Positions 1-9,497 of a DNA stretch of 64,000 nucleotides are shown here, one piece after another. Location: positions 6,379 through 70,378 of the forward strand of contig JAFQZU010000004.1 in the NCBI GenBank assembly GCA_017405805.1, written 5' to 3'. The DNA is from Lachnospiraceae bacterium (GTDB lineage Bacteria; Bacillota; Clostridia; Lachnospirales; Lachnospiraceae). Below the pieces are notes generated by a model. It was not told where the DNA came from, searched no databases, and worked only from the letters and a program-made list of their open reading frames with translations. The translations under genes and the position numbers were made by a program. The stretch's first letter is position 1. Every line of letters starts with the position of its first letter.

Positions 1-942
1 AAGGCCGCGGACTTCGTAAAGGAAGTGTTCCCGGGGAGCAAGAGCACCTTCAAGGTGCACACGCGCCGGATGGACAAGAGCTATCCCATGGATTCCCAGG
101 AGCTCAACGCGGAGCTGGGACACGCGATACTCGAGGCGTGCCCGGACATGTCCGTGGACGTTCACGCGCCCGAGATCATGATCGAAGTGGAGCTGCGGGA
201 GAAGATCTATTTCTATGCGGAGACCATCCCCGGTCCCGGCGGACTTCCGGTGGGCGTGGGAGGCAAGGCCATGCTGCTGCTTTCGGGCGGGATCGATTCC
301 CCCGTGGCGGGCTATATGATCGCCAAGCGCGGTGTCAGGCTGGACGCGGTCTATTTTAACGCGCCCCCGTATACCAGCGAGCGCGCCCTGCAGAAGGTCA
401 TCGACCTCGCCAGGGAAGTGGCGGTGTACACGGGCCCGATCTGCCTGCACAATATCAACTTTACGGAGATCCAGCTTTACATTTACCAGAAGTGTCCCCA
501 CGATGAGCTGACGATCATCATGCGGCGCTACATGATGCGGATCGCGGAGCTGCTCGCCAGAAAAGCGGGGTGCCTCGGCCTGATCACGGGCGAGAGCATC
601 GGCCAGGTGGCCTCCCAGACGCTGACGGCGCTGGGTGTGACGGGAGAGGTGTGCACGCTGCCGGTATTCCGGCCGCTGATCGGCTTCGACAAGGAGGAGA
701 TCATTACGGTCTCCAAAAAGATCGGGACCTTCGAGACTTCGATCCTGCCCTACGAGGACTGCTGCACCATTTTTGTGGCCAAGCACCCCGTCACAAAGCC
801 CCGACTGGACACCATCGTGCGCCATGAAAAGTATCTGGAGGAAAAGATCGACGAGATGGTGGAGCGCGCCATTGAGACAGACGATATGATCCTCGTGGAC
901 AGCACCGGCTTCAGGCACATCACAGGCGAGGAGAAGAACTGA
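1..942 (+). CDS. thiI: tRNA 4-thiouridine(8) synthase ThiI (5'-truncated by window edge)
   Basis: THUMP C-terminal part, then GPGGLPVG, PP-loop LLSGGIDSPVA, TGESIGQVASQT and EDCC; frame open from base 1. Confidence 0.95.
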   Translation, partial: KAADFVKEVFPGSKSTFKVHTRRMDKSYPMDSQELNAELGHAILEACPDMSVDVHAPEIMIEVELREKIYFYAETIPGPGGLPVGVGGKAMLLLSGGIDSPVAGYMIAKRGVRLDAVYFNAPPYTSERALQKVIDLAREVAVYTGPICLHNINFTEIQLYIYQKCPHDELTIIMRRYMMRIAELLARKAGCLGLITGESIGQVASQTLTALGVTGEVCTLPVFRPLIGFDKEEIITVSKKIGTFETSILPYEDCCTIFVAKHPVTKPRLDTIVRHEKYLEEKIDEMVERAIETDDMILVDSTGFRHITGEEKN

Positions 943-1026
943 GGACAGGCCGGAGAGGGCATAAAAAACCTGCGGCACCGCCGTGAGGCGTGTTGCGCAG
1001 GTCCCGCTCCGGACCGGATGCTTTTT

Positions 1027-1260
1027 TCAGTCAATCAGATAAGGCGCAAGCACTTCCATGATCTCGTCCAGGCCTTCATCCGTGTGGATGGTGAGGCTGA
1101 TCGGTCTTGCAAGGTCCAGGGAGAAGATCCCCATGATGGACTTGGCGTCTATGACATAGCGGCCCGAGACAAGGTCGAAGTCGCAATCAAAACGAGCGAT
1201 ATCGTTCACAAAATGCTTGACTTTATCGATAGAGCTGAGAGATATGCGGACTGTCTTCAT
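1027..1260 (-). CDS. HPr-family phosphocarrier protein
   Basis: GRYVIDAKSIMGIFSL Ser46-type motif; AGGAGG RBS before ATG at 1260; no His15 equivalent seen. Confidence 0.9.
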   Translation of the reverse strand: MKTVRISLSSIDKVKHFVNDIARFDCDFDLVSGRYVIDAKSIMGIFSLDLARPISLTIHTDEGLDEIMEVLAPYLID

Positions 1261-1343
1261 TACGCACCTCCTTTTTTTGTTCAGATTACGCATATTTTAA
1301 GTGGAAGAGACAGGATTGTCAACTCGGAAGGAACTATAAAGCA

Positions 1344-2798
1344 TTGCAAAGAGCAGCAGACAGCGGCACGCCCGCGCGCAAAAGGGCGGCCTTTCACAAT
1401 CTGGGCTGCAAGGTGAATTCCTATGAACTGGATATCATGCGCCAGAAGATGGCGGAGGCCGGCTATGAGACGGTCCCCTTCGAGGAGGAGGCGGATATCT
1501 ATGTGATCAACACCTGCACGGTCACCAATATCGCGGACCGCAAGAGCCGTCAGATGATACACCGCGCCAAAAAGAAGAATCCCGACGCCCTTGTCATCGC
1601 CGTGGGCTGCTACGTCGAGACCGACCCCGGCCGGACGGCCGCCGACAGCGCCGTCGACCTGGCGATCGGGAACAACAATAAAGCCAGGATCGCTGAGCTT
1701 TTGGACGATTTTCTCGCCCGGGCGGAGGAGAGGGAGGATCTCTCTCCCGGGTCGCGCAAGACGATGGGGGGCCGCACCATGTCGGACCTCACGAAAGCGC
1801 CGGAATACGAGAACATGCAGCTGGTCTCGCCCGGCCGCACCAGGGCCTTCATCAAGATCCAGGACGGATGCAACCAGTTCTGTTCCTACTGCATTATTCC
1901 CTATGCCCGCGGACGGATCAGGAGCAGGGCGCCGCAGGAGATCCTCGAAGAGGTGAGGCGCCTCGTGCGGGAGGGCACTTCCGAGATCGTCCTGACCGGG
2001 ATCCACATCAGCTCCTACGGGCTGGAGTGGGACGGCGGATCCGGCGCGCCCTATGACCCGGTGAAGGCCGGACGGAATCTCCTGGCGCTCCTGCGCGAGC
2101 TCAGCGGGATCGAGGGGCTGGCAAGGATCCGGCTGAGTTCGCTGGAGCCCCGCATCATGACGGAGGCGTTTGTCAGCGGGATTGCAAAGATCCCTCAGAT
2201 CTGTCCCCACTTTCATCTCTCTCTGCAGAGCGGGTGCGGGGAGACGCTGCGCCGCATGAACCGGCATTACACCCCGCAGGAATATCTGGAGGGCGTAAAA
2301 AGGCTCCGCCGTTATTTCGAAAAACCGGCGATCACGACGGACGTGATCACGGGATTCCCCGGCGAGACGGTGAAGGAGTTCGAGGAGACCGTGCGTTTTC
2401 TGGAGGAAGTCGATTTTTACGAGATCCACGTATTCCGGTACTCCGTGCGCAGAGGGACGGTCGCGGAAAAGCTGCCCGGCCAGGTGCCGGAGGCGGTCAA
2501 GGCCCTGCGCAGCGACAGGCTCCTGGAAATGACCGCGGAGCAGGCCGCGCGCTACAGGGCGCAGTTTGCGGGCAGGCGGCAGAGCGTCCTCATCGAAGAA
2601 GCGGTGGAAGCGGACGGAAAACAATATTACCGCGGCCATACCGCGCGCTATGTGCAGGTGTATCTCCCGCGGGAGGAGGCCGCCGCAGCGGGATTGGACC
2701 CGGCACCGGGCATGCTGGTCGCGGGGGTGCTGGTGGCGCCCGAAGGCATTCCCGGGGACGCAATGCTGATGAGAGAGCCGGCGAGACTCCCCGAATGA
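1344..2798 (+). CDS. mtaB: tRNA t6A37 methylthiotransferase MtaB
   Basis: LGCKVN, INTCTVT, radical SAM CNQFCSYC, HLSLQSG. Confidence 0.92.
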   Translation: MQRAADSGTPARKRAAFHNLGCKVNSYELDIMRQKMAEAGYETVPFEEEADIYVINTCTVTNIADRKSRQMIHRAKKKNPDALVIAVGCYVETDPGRTAADSAVDLAIGNNNKARIAELLDDFLARAEEREDLSPGSRKTMGGRTMSDLTKAPEYENMQLVSPGRTRAFIKIQDGCNQFCSYCIIPYARGRIRSRAPQEILEEVRRLVREGTSEIVLTGIHISSYGLEWDGGSGAPYDPVKAGRNLLALLRELSGIEGLARIRLSSLEPRIMTEAFVSGIAKIPQICPHFHLSLQSGCGETLRRMNRHYTPQEYLEGVKRLRRYFEKPAITTDVITGFPGETVKEFEETVRFLEEVDFYEIHVFRYSVRRGTVAEKLPGQVPEAVKALRSDRLLEMTAEQAARYRAQFAGRRQSVLIEEAVEADGKQYYRGHTARYVQVYLPREEAAAAGLDPAPGMLVAGVLVAPEGIPGDAMLMREPARLPE

Positions 2799-2912
2799 GT
2801 TGAAAGAAATTGTGAAATAGGGTAATATATCGTTAGTTTAGTGGGTCATGCGGCCCGAAAAGACACGATCAAGCCGCCGGCACAGCGGGATTGGACCGGA
2901 ATGGGTGGTAAA

Positions 2913-3197
2913 ATGGAAAACAAGCAGAATAAACAGGATTTGGGAAATACGCAGTTTTTTAAAGTGCAGCAGGAGCCGGAATCCGGCGTGAAGAAGATCC
3001 TGGAAGTCGTTTACGAGGCACTCTCCGAAAAGGGGTATGATCCCGTCAACCAGATCATCGGGTATATCATGTCGGGGGATCCTACCTATATCACGAACCA
3101 CATGGGCGCCAGAAGCCTGATCATGAAGGTGGAGCGCGATGAGCTCGTAGAGGAGATCATGCGCGTCTATATCCGCGCCAACAACTGGAAGGAGTGA
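2913..3197 (+). CDS. ireB: IreB/ReoM-family regulatory phosphoprotein (DUF965)
   Basis: KGYDPVNQIIGYIMSGDPTYIT signature; lies upstream of ruvX; start uncertain. Confidence 0.9.
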   Translation: MENKQNKQDLGNTQFFKVQQEPESGVKKILEVVYEALSEKGYDPVNQIIGYIMSGDPTYITNHMGARSLIMKVERDELVEEIMRVYIRANNWKE

Positions 3198-3201
3198 CAC
3201 C

Positions 3202-3660
3202 TTGAAGATCATGGGGCTGGACTTCGGCTCGCGTACCTGCGGCGTATCACTGAGTGATACGCTGCTTATCACTGCGCAGCCGACGGAGATCATCCGCAGG
3301 GAGCGGGAGGGTAAGCTCCGCAAAACACTGGCCAGGATCGAGGAACTGATCAAGGAAAACGATGTGCGCCTGATCGTACTCGGCCTCCCTCTCAACATGG
3401 ACACGACGCAGGGGGCCAGGGTGCAGGCCACTTTGGATTTTCAGGAAAAGCTGCTCAGGAGGACCGGACTGCCGGTAGTGCTCTCCGACGAGCGGCTGAT
3501 CACCGTGGAAGCGATCGAAATGATGGACCGCATGAACATTCCCGTCGCCGAGAGAGAGCAGTACGTGGATATGATCGCCTCCAATATTATTCTGCAGGAG
3601 TATATGGAAAATCACCGGGAAGAGATTCGGGACCTCACAGCCGGTGAACAGACACAGTAA
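3202..3660 (+). CDS. ruvX: RuvX/YqgF pre-16S rRNA nuclease
   Basis: GLDFGSRTCGVS, VLGLPLNM, DERL. Confidence 0.92.
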   Translation: MKIMGLDFGSRTCGVSLSDTLLITAQPTEIIRREREGKLRKTLARIEELIKENDVRLIVLGLPLNMDTTQGARVQATLDFQEKLLRRTGLPVVLSDERLITVEAIEMMDRMNIPVAEREQYVDMIASNIILQEYMENHREEIRDLTAGEQTQ

Positions 3661-3672
3661 GGATAACAGAAT

Positions 3673-3939
3673 ATGGAAAAAATCACATTGCAGCCGGAGG
3701 AGGATACCGCACCGGTCGATTTTTATGTCGTGGAACAGGTATCTCTCGGCGGAAAGACGTATCTGCTGGTGACGGATACGGAGGAAGGAGACGGCGAAGC
3801 TCTGATCCTGCGCGACGACGCGTCGGCTTCAGACAAGGAAAGCCTGTATGCGGTCGTGGAAGACGATCGCGAGATCTCCGCTGTTATGCTGCTGATGGCG
3901 GATACGCTCAGAGAGATGGGGATCACGGTCGAGGAGTGA
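3673..3939 (+). CDS. DUF1292 (YrzB-like) acidic protein
   Basis: Small acidic protein in the conserved ireB-ruvX-DUF1292 order. Confidence 0.8.
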   Translation: MEKITLQPEEDTAPVDFYVVEQVSLGGKTYLLVTDTEEGDGEALILRDDASASDKESLYAVVEDDREISAVMLLMADTLREMGITVEE

Positions 3940-3967
3940 TCCCGTATAAGAAGATGAAAGGAAAACG

Positions 3968-5650
3968 GTGAGGAAAAAGAAGAATAAAGCAGTACAGCAG
4001 CCCGGTCTGAAGATCATCCCGCTGGGAGGTCTCGAGCAGATCGGCATGAATATTACAGCATTTGAGTATGAGGACAACATACTGGTCGTGGACTGCGGTC
4101 TCGCATTTCCCAAGGACGACATGTTCGGCATTGACCTGGTCATTCCCGACACGACCTATCTGGAAGAGAATATCGACAAGGTCAGGGGCTTTGTGATCAC
4201 CCATGGCCACGAGGACCACATCGGGGCCCTCCCTTACGTCCTCAAGAAGATCAACGTACCGATTTTTGCGACTCGTCTCACGATGGGAATCATCGAACAC
4301 AAGCTCGAGGAGCATGGACTTTTGGAAAACACGCAGCGCATGGTCATGCGCTTTGGCCAGTCGGTCACGCTGGGGTGTTTTCGCGTAGAATTTATCAAGA
4401 CCAACCACAGTATCGTCGACGCGGCGGCGCTGGCGATCTATACGCCCGTGGGCATCGTGGTGCACACGGGAGACTTCAAGGTGGATTACACGCCGGTATT
4501 CGGCGACGCCATCGACCTGCAGCGCTTCGCTGAGCTGGGGCGCAAGGGCGTGCTGGCGATGCTGTGCGACTCCACCAATGCGGGAAGGCCGGGCTTTACC
4601 CCTTCCGAAAAAACAGTGGGAAAGGCGATCGACCAGCAGTTTCAGGAACACCGGGACACGCGGATCATCATCGCGACCTTCGCGTCCAATGTGGACCGCG
4701 TGCAGCAGATCATCAATACCGCTTACAAGTACGGGAGAAAGGTCGTGGTGGAAGGCCGCAGCATGGTCAATATCATCGCGACGGCCTCCCAGCTGGGCTG
4801 CCTTGACATCCCGGACAACACGCTGATCGAGATCGAACAGCTCCGCAACTATCAGCCCGAGAACACCGTGATCATCACCACGGGAAGCCAGGGCGAGAGC
4901 ATGGCGGCCTTGAGCCGCATGGCGGACGGCACTCACAGAAAGATCAGCATACACCCGCGCGACACGGTGATCTTCTCCTCGCACCCCATTCCGGGCAACG
5001 AGAAGGCCGTCGCCAATGTCATCAACAAGCTCCTCATGAAGGGGGCGGACGTGATCTTCCAGGATGTTCATGTCTCGGGACATCCCTGCCAGGAGGATCT
5101 GAAACTGATGTATAACCTGGTGCAGCCCAAGTACGCGGTGCCGGTGCACGGCGAGTATCTGCACCTTGTGGCGCACGCGAGACTGGCGCATGAGCTGGGG
5201 ATCCCCCACGATCACATCTTTGTGCTGGAATCGGGAGACGTGCTGGAGATCACACAGGACAGAGCCGACGTGATCGGCGAAGTGCCCGTGGGCAATATTC
5301 TTGTCGACGGCCTGAGCGTCGGCGACGTAGGCAATATGGTGCTGCGCGACAGGCAGAGACTGGCGGAGGACGGCGTCGTGTTCGTCAGTTTTGCGATGGA
5401 GAGCGGCTCCGGACAGCTGGCCTGCCGGCCTGAGATCGTCTCCAGAGGCTTTGTGTACAGCAAAGAATCGGAGGCGCTGATGGAAGGTGCAAGCTATGCG
5501 GCGCAGGAGACCATTATGCGGTGCATCGAGGAAGGTACCAAGGACAGGAACCGGATCAAAAACGCGGTGCGGGACAGCCTGAGCGACTATTTCAGGAAGA
5601 AGACCCAGCGCAGGCCCATGATCCTGCCCATGATCCTGGAAGTGGGATGA
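3968..5650 (+). CDS. rnj: Ribonuclease J
   Basis: PLGGLEQIGMN, HGHEDHIG, HTGDFK, HVSGH, PVHGEY, RRPMILP. Confidence 0.96.
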   Translation: MRKKKNKAVQQPGLKIIPLGGLEQIGMNITAFEYEDNILVVDCGLAFPKDDMFGIDLVIPDTTYLEENIDKVRGFVITHGHEDHIGALPYVLKKINVPIFATRLTMGIIEHKLEEHGLLENTQRMVMRFGQSVTLGCFRVEFIKTNHSIVDAAALAIYTPVGIVVHTGDFKVDYTPVFGDAIDLQRFAELGRKGVLAMLCDSTNAGRPGFTPSEKTVGKAIDQQFQEHRDTRIIIATFASNVDRVQQIINTAYKYGRKVVVEGRSMVNIIATASQLGCLDIPDNTLIEIEQLRNYQPENTVIITTGSQGESMAALSRMADGTHRKISIHPRDTVIFSSHPIPGNEKAVANVINKLLMKGADVIFQDVHVSGHPCQEDLKLMYNLVQPKYAVPVHGEYLHLVAHARLAHELGIPHDHIFVLESGDVLEITQDRADVIGEVPVGNILVDGLSVGDVGNMVLRDRQRLAEDGVVFVSFAMESGSGQLACRPEIVSRGFVYSKESEALMEGASYAAQETIMRCIEEGTKDRNRIKNAVRDSLSDYFRKKTQRRPMILPMILEVG

Positions 5651-5702
5651 CCGGGGACGGGATCCGGGTACAGTGAACACAATGCGGAAAGCAGAGACGG
5701 GC

Positions 5703-6137
5703 ATGAAAAAACTCAGAAGATTTATCGGACCTGTCATCGATACGGCGGCAAGCCTCGCAATTTACGCCATTCTGGCGATCGCGGTGCTGGTGGTGATCGG
5801 ACAGGCAAAGCGCTACTATGATATGGGATACGGGATCTTCTCCCAGGTCGCCAAGGACGCGCCCGGCACGGGCGTCAAGGTCCTGGTGGAAGTGACCGAG
5901 GGCATGACGGCCTCCGAGGTCGGCAAAATGCTCGAGGAGAACGGGATCGTGGAGAGCGCGAGGATTTTCGTGATCCAGGAAAAAGTCTCCGAGTATTCCG
6001 GCGAGATCAAGCCGGGTACCTATACTTTGTCATCGGAGATGACGACGGAGACGATCATGTCGATCCTGTCCGGCACGGTTGTGACGGAAGAGGACGCGGC
6101 CAGAGCCGCCGGGGAGGCGGCTGCAGATGGACAATAA
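5703..6137 (+). CDS. Short MltG/YceG-like membrane protein (N-terminal subdomain only)
   Basis: One TM helix, then GMTASEVGKMLEENGIV and IKPGTYTLSSEMT; occupies the mltG position before the O-methyltransferase; start could be 5673. Confidence 0.7.
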   Translation: MKKLRRFIGPVIDTAASLAIYAILAIAVLVVIGQAKRYYDMGYGIFSQVAKDAPGTGVKVLVEVTEGMTASEVGKMLEENGIVESARIFVIQEKVSEYSGEIKPGTYTLSSEMTTETIMSILSGTVVTEEDAARAAGEAAADGQ

Positions 6138-6837
6138 GCAAAAGGATCTGACCCGGTGCAGCCAGGACAGGGTCTCTGTCTTTGTTGAATCGATAATAAC
6201 AGAAGGATCCGGATTGCTTCGTGAACTGGAAAGGGAGGCGCTGGATCGCGATGTGCCGATAATAAGGCCTCGCACCCGGGGCCTTCTTCAATTGCTTCTG
6301 ACGATACACCGGCCCGCCAGGATCCTGGAGGTGGGAACGGCGATCGGCTACTCCGCCCTCGCGATGCGCGAGACCGCCATCCAGGAGGGATTTGCCTGCT
6401 CCATCACCACGATCGAGAGGGATGCGGCGCGGGCGCAGGAGGCCCGCCGGAATTTGGACCGGGCGGGAGCCGGAGAAGGGGAATGTACAATCTCTCTGAT
6501 CGAAGGCGACGCCGCGCAGATCCTGGAGGAGCTGGAGGGAACGTTTGATTTTATTTTTCTCGACGCGGCCAAAGGGCAGTATATTCACTTTCTGCCCGCT
6601 TTAAAAAGGCTTCTTGCGGCCGGAGGCGTGATGGTGTCCGACAACGTCCTGCGGGGCGGGGACATCCTTAATTCCCACTATCTGGTCACGCGGAGGAACC
6701 GGACCATTCACAAACGCATGCGGGAATATCTGCGTGCACTGATGGAAGACCCGGCGCTCCGCACGGTCATTCTGGAGATGGAGGACGGTGCGGCCGTCAG
6801 CGTTAAGAGAGCATTTGTACAGGAACAGGATATATGA
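6127..6837 (+). CDS. trmR: O-methyltransferase, TrmR/YrrM-like (tRNA ho5U methylation)
   Basis: ILEVGTAIGYS, FDFIFLDAAKGQY, SDNVL; adjacent to the U32 gene. Confidence 0.8.
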   Translation: MDNKQKDLTRCSQDRVSVFVESIITEGSGLLRELEREALDRDVPIIRPRTRGLLQLLLTIHRPARILEVGTAIGYSALAMRETAIQEGFACSITTIERDAARAQEARRNLDRAGAGEGECTISLIEGDAAQILEELEGTFDFIFLDAAKGQYIHFLPALKRLLAAGGVMVSDNVLRGGDILNSHYLVTRRNRTIHKRMREYLRALMEDPALRTVILEMEDGAAVSVKRAFVQEQDI

Positions 6838-8075
6838 CAGGCAAGACCGGTAAACCGGAGCTTTTGCTCCCCGCAAAGGATCTGGAAGTATTAAAGACGG
6901 CGGTGCGCTTCGGCGCGGACGCGGTCTACATAGGGGGAGAGGCGTTCAGTCTGCGCGCCTCGGCACGCAACTTCAGTCCCGCAGATATGCGGGAAGGGAT
7001 CGCCTTTGCTCATGAGAGAGGGGTCAAGGTATATGTGACGGCCAACATCCTGGCCCATAACCGGGATCTGGAGGCGGCGGAGAAGTATTTTGCCGAACTG
7101 GCTGAGATCGGCCCCGATGCGGTCCTGATCTCGGACCCGGGCATGTTCATGCTGGCAAGGCGCGCCTGTCCGGACATCCCGATCCATATCTCCACCCAGG
7201 CGAACAATACCAACAGCGGGACTTTCCTTTTCTGGTACGGTCTGGGGGCGGAGCGCGTCGTGTGCGCGCGGGAGCTGAGCCTGCAGGAGATCGCGCAGAT
7301 CCGGGCACAAATCCCGCCGGATAAGGAGATCGAGGCCTTTGTGCACGGCGCCATGTGCATCTCCTACTCGGGACGCTGCCTCCTGTCCAATTATTTCACG
7401 GGGCGGGACGCCAACAAGGGCGCCTGCACGCACCCGTGCCGGTGGAAATATGCAGTCGTGGAGGAGACGAGGCCGGGCGTCTATCTTCCCGTCGAGGAGA
7501 ACGAGAGGGGAACCTTCGTCTTCAACTCCCGCGACCTTTGCATGATCGACCACATCCCCGACCTCGCAGCCGCGGGCATCGACAGTCTCAAGATCGAAGG
7601 GCGCATGAAGACGGCGCTCTACGTGGCGTCCACGGCCAGGGCTTACCGGCGCGCCATCGACGACTGGTTTGCGGATGAGGCGCTGTACCGGCAGCGGATC
7701 CCGGAATATCTGGAGGAGATCCGCAAGTGCACGTACAGAATGTTTACGACCGGCTTCTACTACGGCAGGCCCGCGGAAGAAGGCATGGTTTACGACAGCA
7801 ATACCTATGCTTCGGATGCGGTTTTTCTCGGCATCGCGGAGGAGGTGCGTGACGGCCTGGTCCGGATCACGCAGCGCAATAAATTCAGCACGGGCGAGAC
7901 GATCACCGTGATGCGGCAGGACGGGACCGACTGCGAGGCAAAGGTCCTGGCCATGAAAAACGGCGAAGGGGTGCCGGTGCAGAGTGCGCCGCATCCCAAG
8001 GAGACCATCTGGGTGGATCTGGGCGTGCCGGTGCGGGAGGGAGATCTCCTGCGCAGGGACAGGACTGAAAAATAG
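6834..8075 (+). CDS. U32 peptidase family protein (TrhP-like tRNA hydroxylation)
   Basis: GADAVYIG, HISTQAN, HGAMCISYSGRC...CTHPCR, SLKIEGRMK. Confidence 0.9.
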   Translation: MTGKTGKPELLLPAKDLEVLKTAVRFGADAVYIGGEAFSLRASARNFSPADMREGIAFAHERGVKVYVTANILAHNRDLEAAEKYFAELAEIGPDAVLISDPGMFMLARRACPDIPIHISTQANNTNSGTFLFWYGLGAERVVCARELSLQEIAQIRAQIPPDKEIEAFVHGAMCISYSGRCLLSNYFTGRDANKGACTHPCRWKYAVVEETRPGVYLPVEENERGTFVFNSRDLCMIDHIPDLAAAGIDSLKIEGRMKTALYVASTARAYRRAIDDWFADEALYRQRIPEYLEEIRKCTYRMFTTGFYYGRPAEEGMVYDSNTYASDAVFLGIAEEVRDGLVRITQRNKFSTGETITVMRQDGTDCEAKVLAMKNGEGVPVQSAPHPKETIWVDLGVPVREGDLLRRDRTEK

Positions 8076-8110
8076 AAGCGAAATAAAAACGCTCCGGTGA
8101 GGAGGCCAGA

Positions 8111-9466
8111 ATGAAGATAATCGTAGCGGGATGCGGCAAGGTCGGCAGGACCATAATCGAGCAGCTCTGCATGGAAGGGCATGACATCTCGGTCATTGAT
8201 CAGGAAGAGAGTGTGGTGAATGATATCACGGACAGTTTTGACGTGATGGGCATGGTGGGCAACGCCGCCAGCTATGCCGTGCAGAAGGAAGTGGGCATCT
8301 CGGCGGCCGATCTGATGATCGCCGCTACCGATTCCGACGAGCTCAATCTCCTGTGCTGCCTGATCGCCAGGAAAGCGGCGGGGTGCCGCACGATCGCGCG
8401 TGTAAGAAATCCCGAATACAACGCCGAGATCAACCTGATCAAGGAGGAGCTGGGTCTGTCCATGGTGGTCAATCCGGAGTATGCGGCGGCTGTGGAAGCC
8501 GCGCGGATCCTCCGTTTTCCCTCCGCCATCCGGATCGAGACCTTTGCCAAGAGCCGGGTGGAGATCATCAAATTCCGGATCCCGAAGGGATCGGTGATCG
8601 ACGGCGTAAAGCTGATGGACCTGGCTGCCAGGACACGCACGGAAGTCCTTGTCTGCACGGTGGAGCGCGGGGAGGAGGTCATCATTCCCTCCGGCGGCTT
8701 CGTCCTGCGGGAGAACGATATCATCGGGATCGTCGCCTCGGCCCGCAACACGAGGCAGTTCGTGGAGAAGGCAGGCCTGAGCACCCGCAGAGTCAATGAC
8801 ACCATGATCATCGGCGGCGGAAAGATCGCCTACTATCTCGCGAGACATCTGATCGAGAGCGGGATCAAGGTAAAGATCATCGACAAGAGCGAGAAGCGCT
8901 GCGAGGAGCTGTGCGAGATGCTCCCCAAGGCCGTGGTCATCAACGCGGACGCGGCGGACCAGAACGTTCTCCTCGAGGAGGGGATCCGCACCTGCGAGTC
9001 CTTTGTCACGCTCACGGGCATGGATGAGGAGAATCTGTTCCTGTCGCTCTTTGCCCAGAAGAGCTCCAACGCCAAAATCATCACGAAAGTGAACCGGATC
9101 GCCTTTGACGATCTGATCCAGAACCTGCAGCTGGGGACGCTCCTCAATCCCAGAAGCATCACGGCGGAGGTCATCATCCGCTATGTCCGCGCCATGCAGA
9201 ATTCCATCGGAAGCAATGTCAGGGCGCTGACCTATATCATCAAGGGAAAGGTCGAGGCGCTGGAATTCCTGATCCAGAAGGGCGCGCCCGTGATCGGCGT
9301 CCCGCTCAAGGCACTGAAGATCAAGAAAAACGTACTGATCGCCTGCATCAATCACGGCGGGGAGATCGAGGTGCCCAACGGCTTCAGCCGGATCCAGGAG
9401 GGCGATACGGTCGTCGTGGTCACCTCCCAGATTGGCTTCAGCGACATCAGCGACATTCTCGGATGA
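8111..9466 (+). CDS. trkA: Trk potassium uptake regulatory subunit (two RCK units)
   Basis: GCGKVG and GGGKIA Rossmann motifs; TDSDELN; ARVRNPEY. Confidence 0.95.
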   Translation: MKIIVAGCGKVGRTIIEQLCMEGHDISVIDQEESVVNDITDSFDVMGMVGNAASYAVQKEVGISAADLMIAATDSDELNLLCCLIARKAAGCRTIARVRNPEYNAEINLIKEELGLSMVVNPEYAAAVEAARILRFPSAIRIETFAKSRVEIIKFRIPKGSVIDGVKLMDLAARTRTEVLVCTVERGEEVIIPSGGFVLRENDIIGIVASARNTRQFVEKAGLSTRRVNDTMIIGGGKIAYYLARHLIESGIKVKIIDKSEKRCEELCEMLPKAVVINADAADQNVLLEEGIRTCESFVTLTGMDEENLFLSLFAQKSSNAKIITKVNRIAFDDLIQNLQLGTLLNPRSITAEVIIRYVRAMQNSIGSNVRALTYIIKGKVEALEFLIQKGAPVIGVPLKALKIKKNVLIACINHGGEIEVPNGFSRIQEGDTVVVVTSQIGFSDISDILG

Positions 9467-9497
9467 CGCTGATCCGGATCTTCCTAAGGAGTACGAT

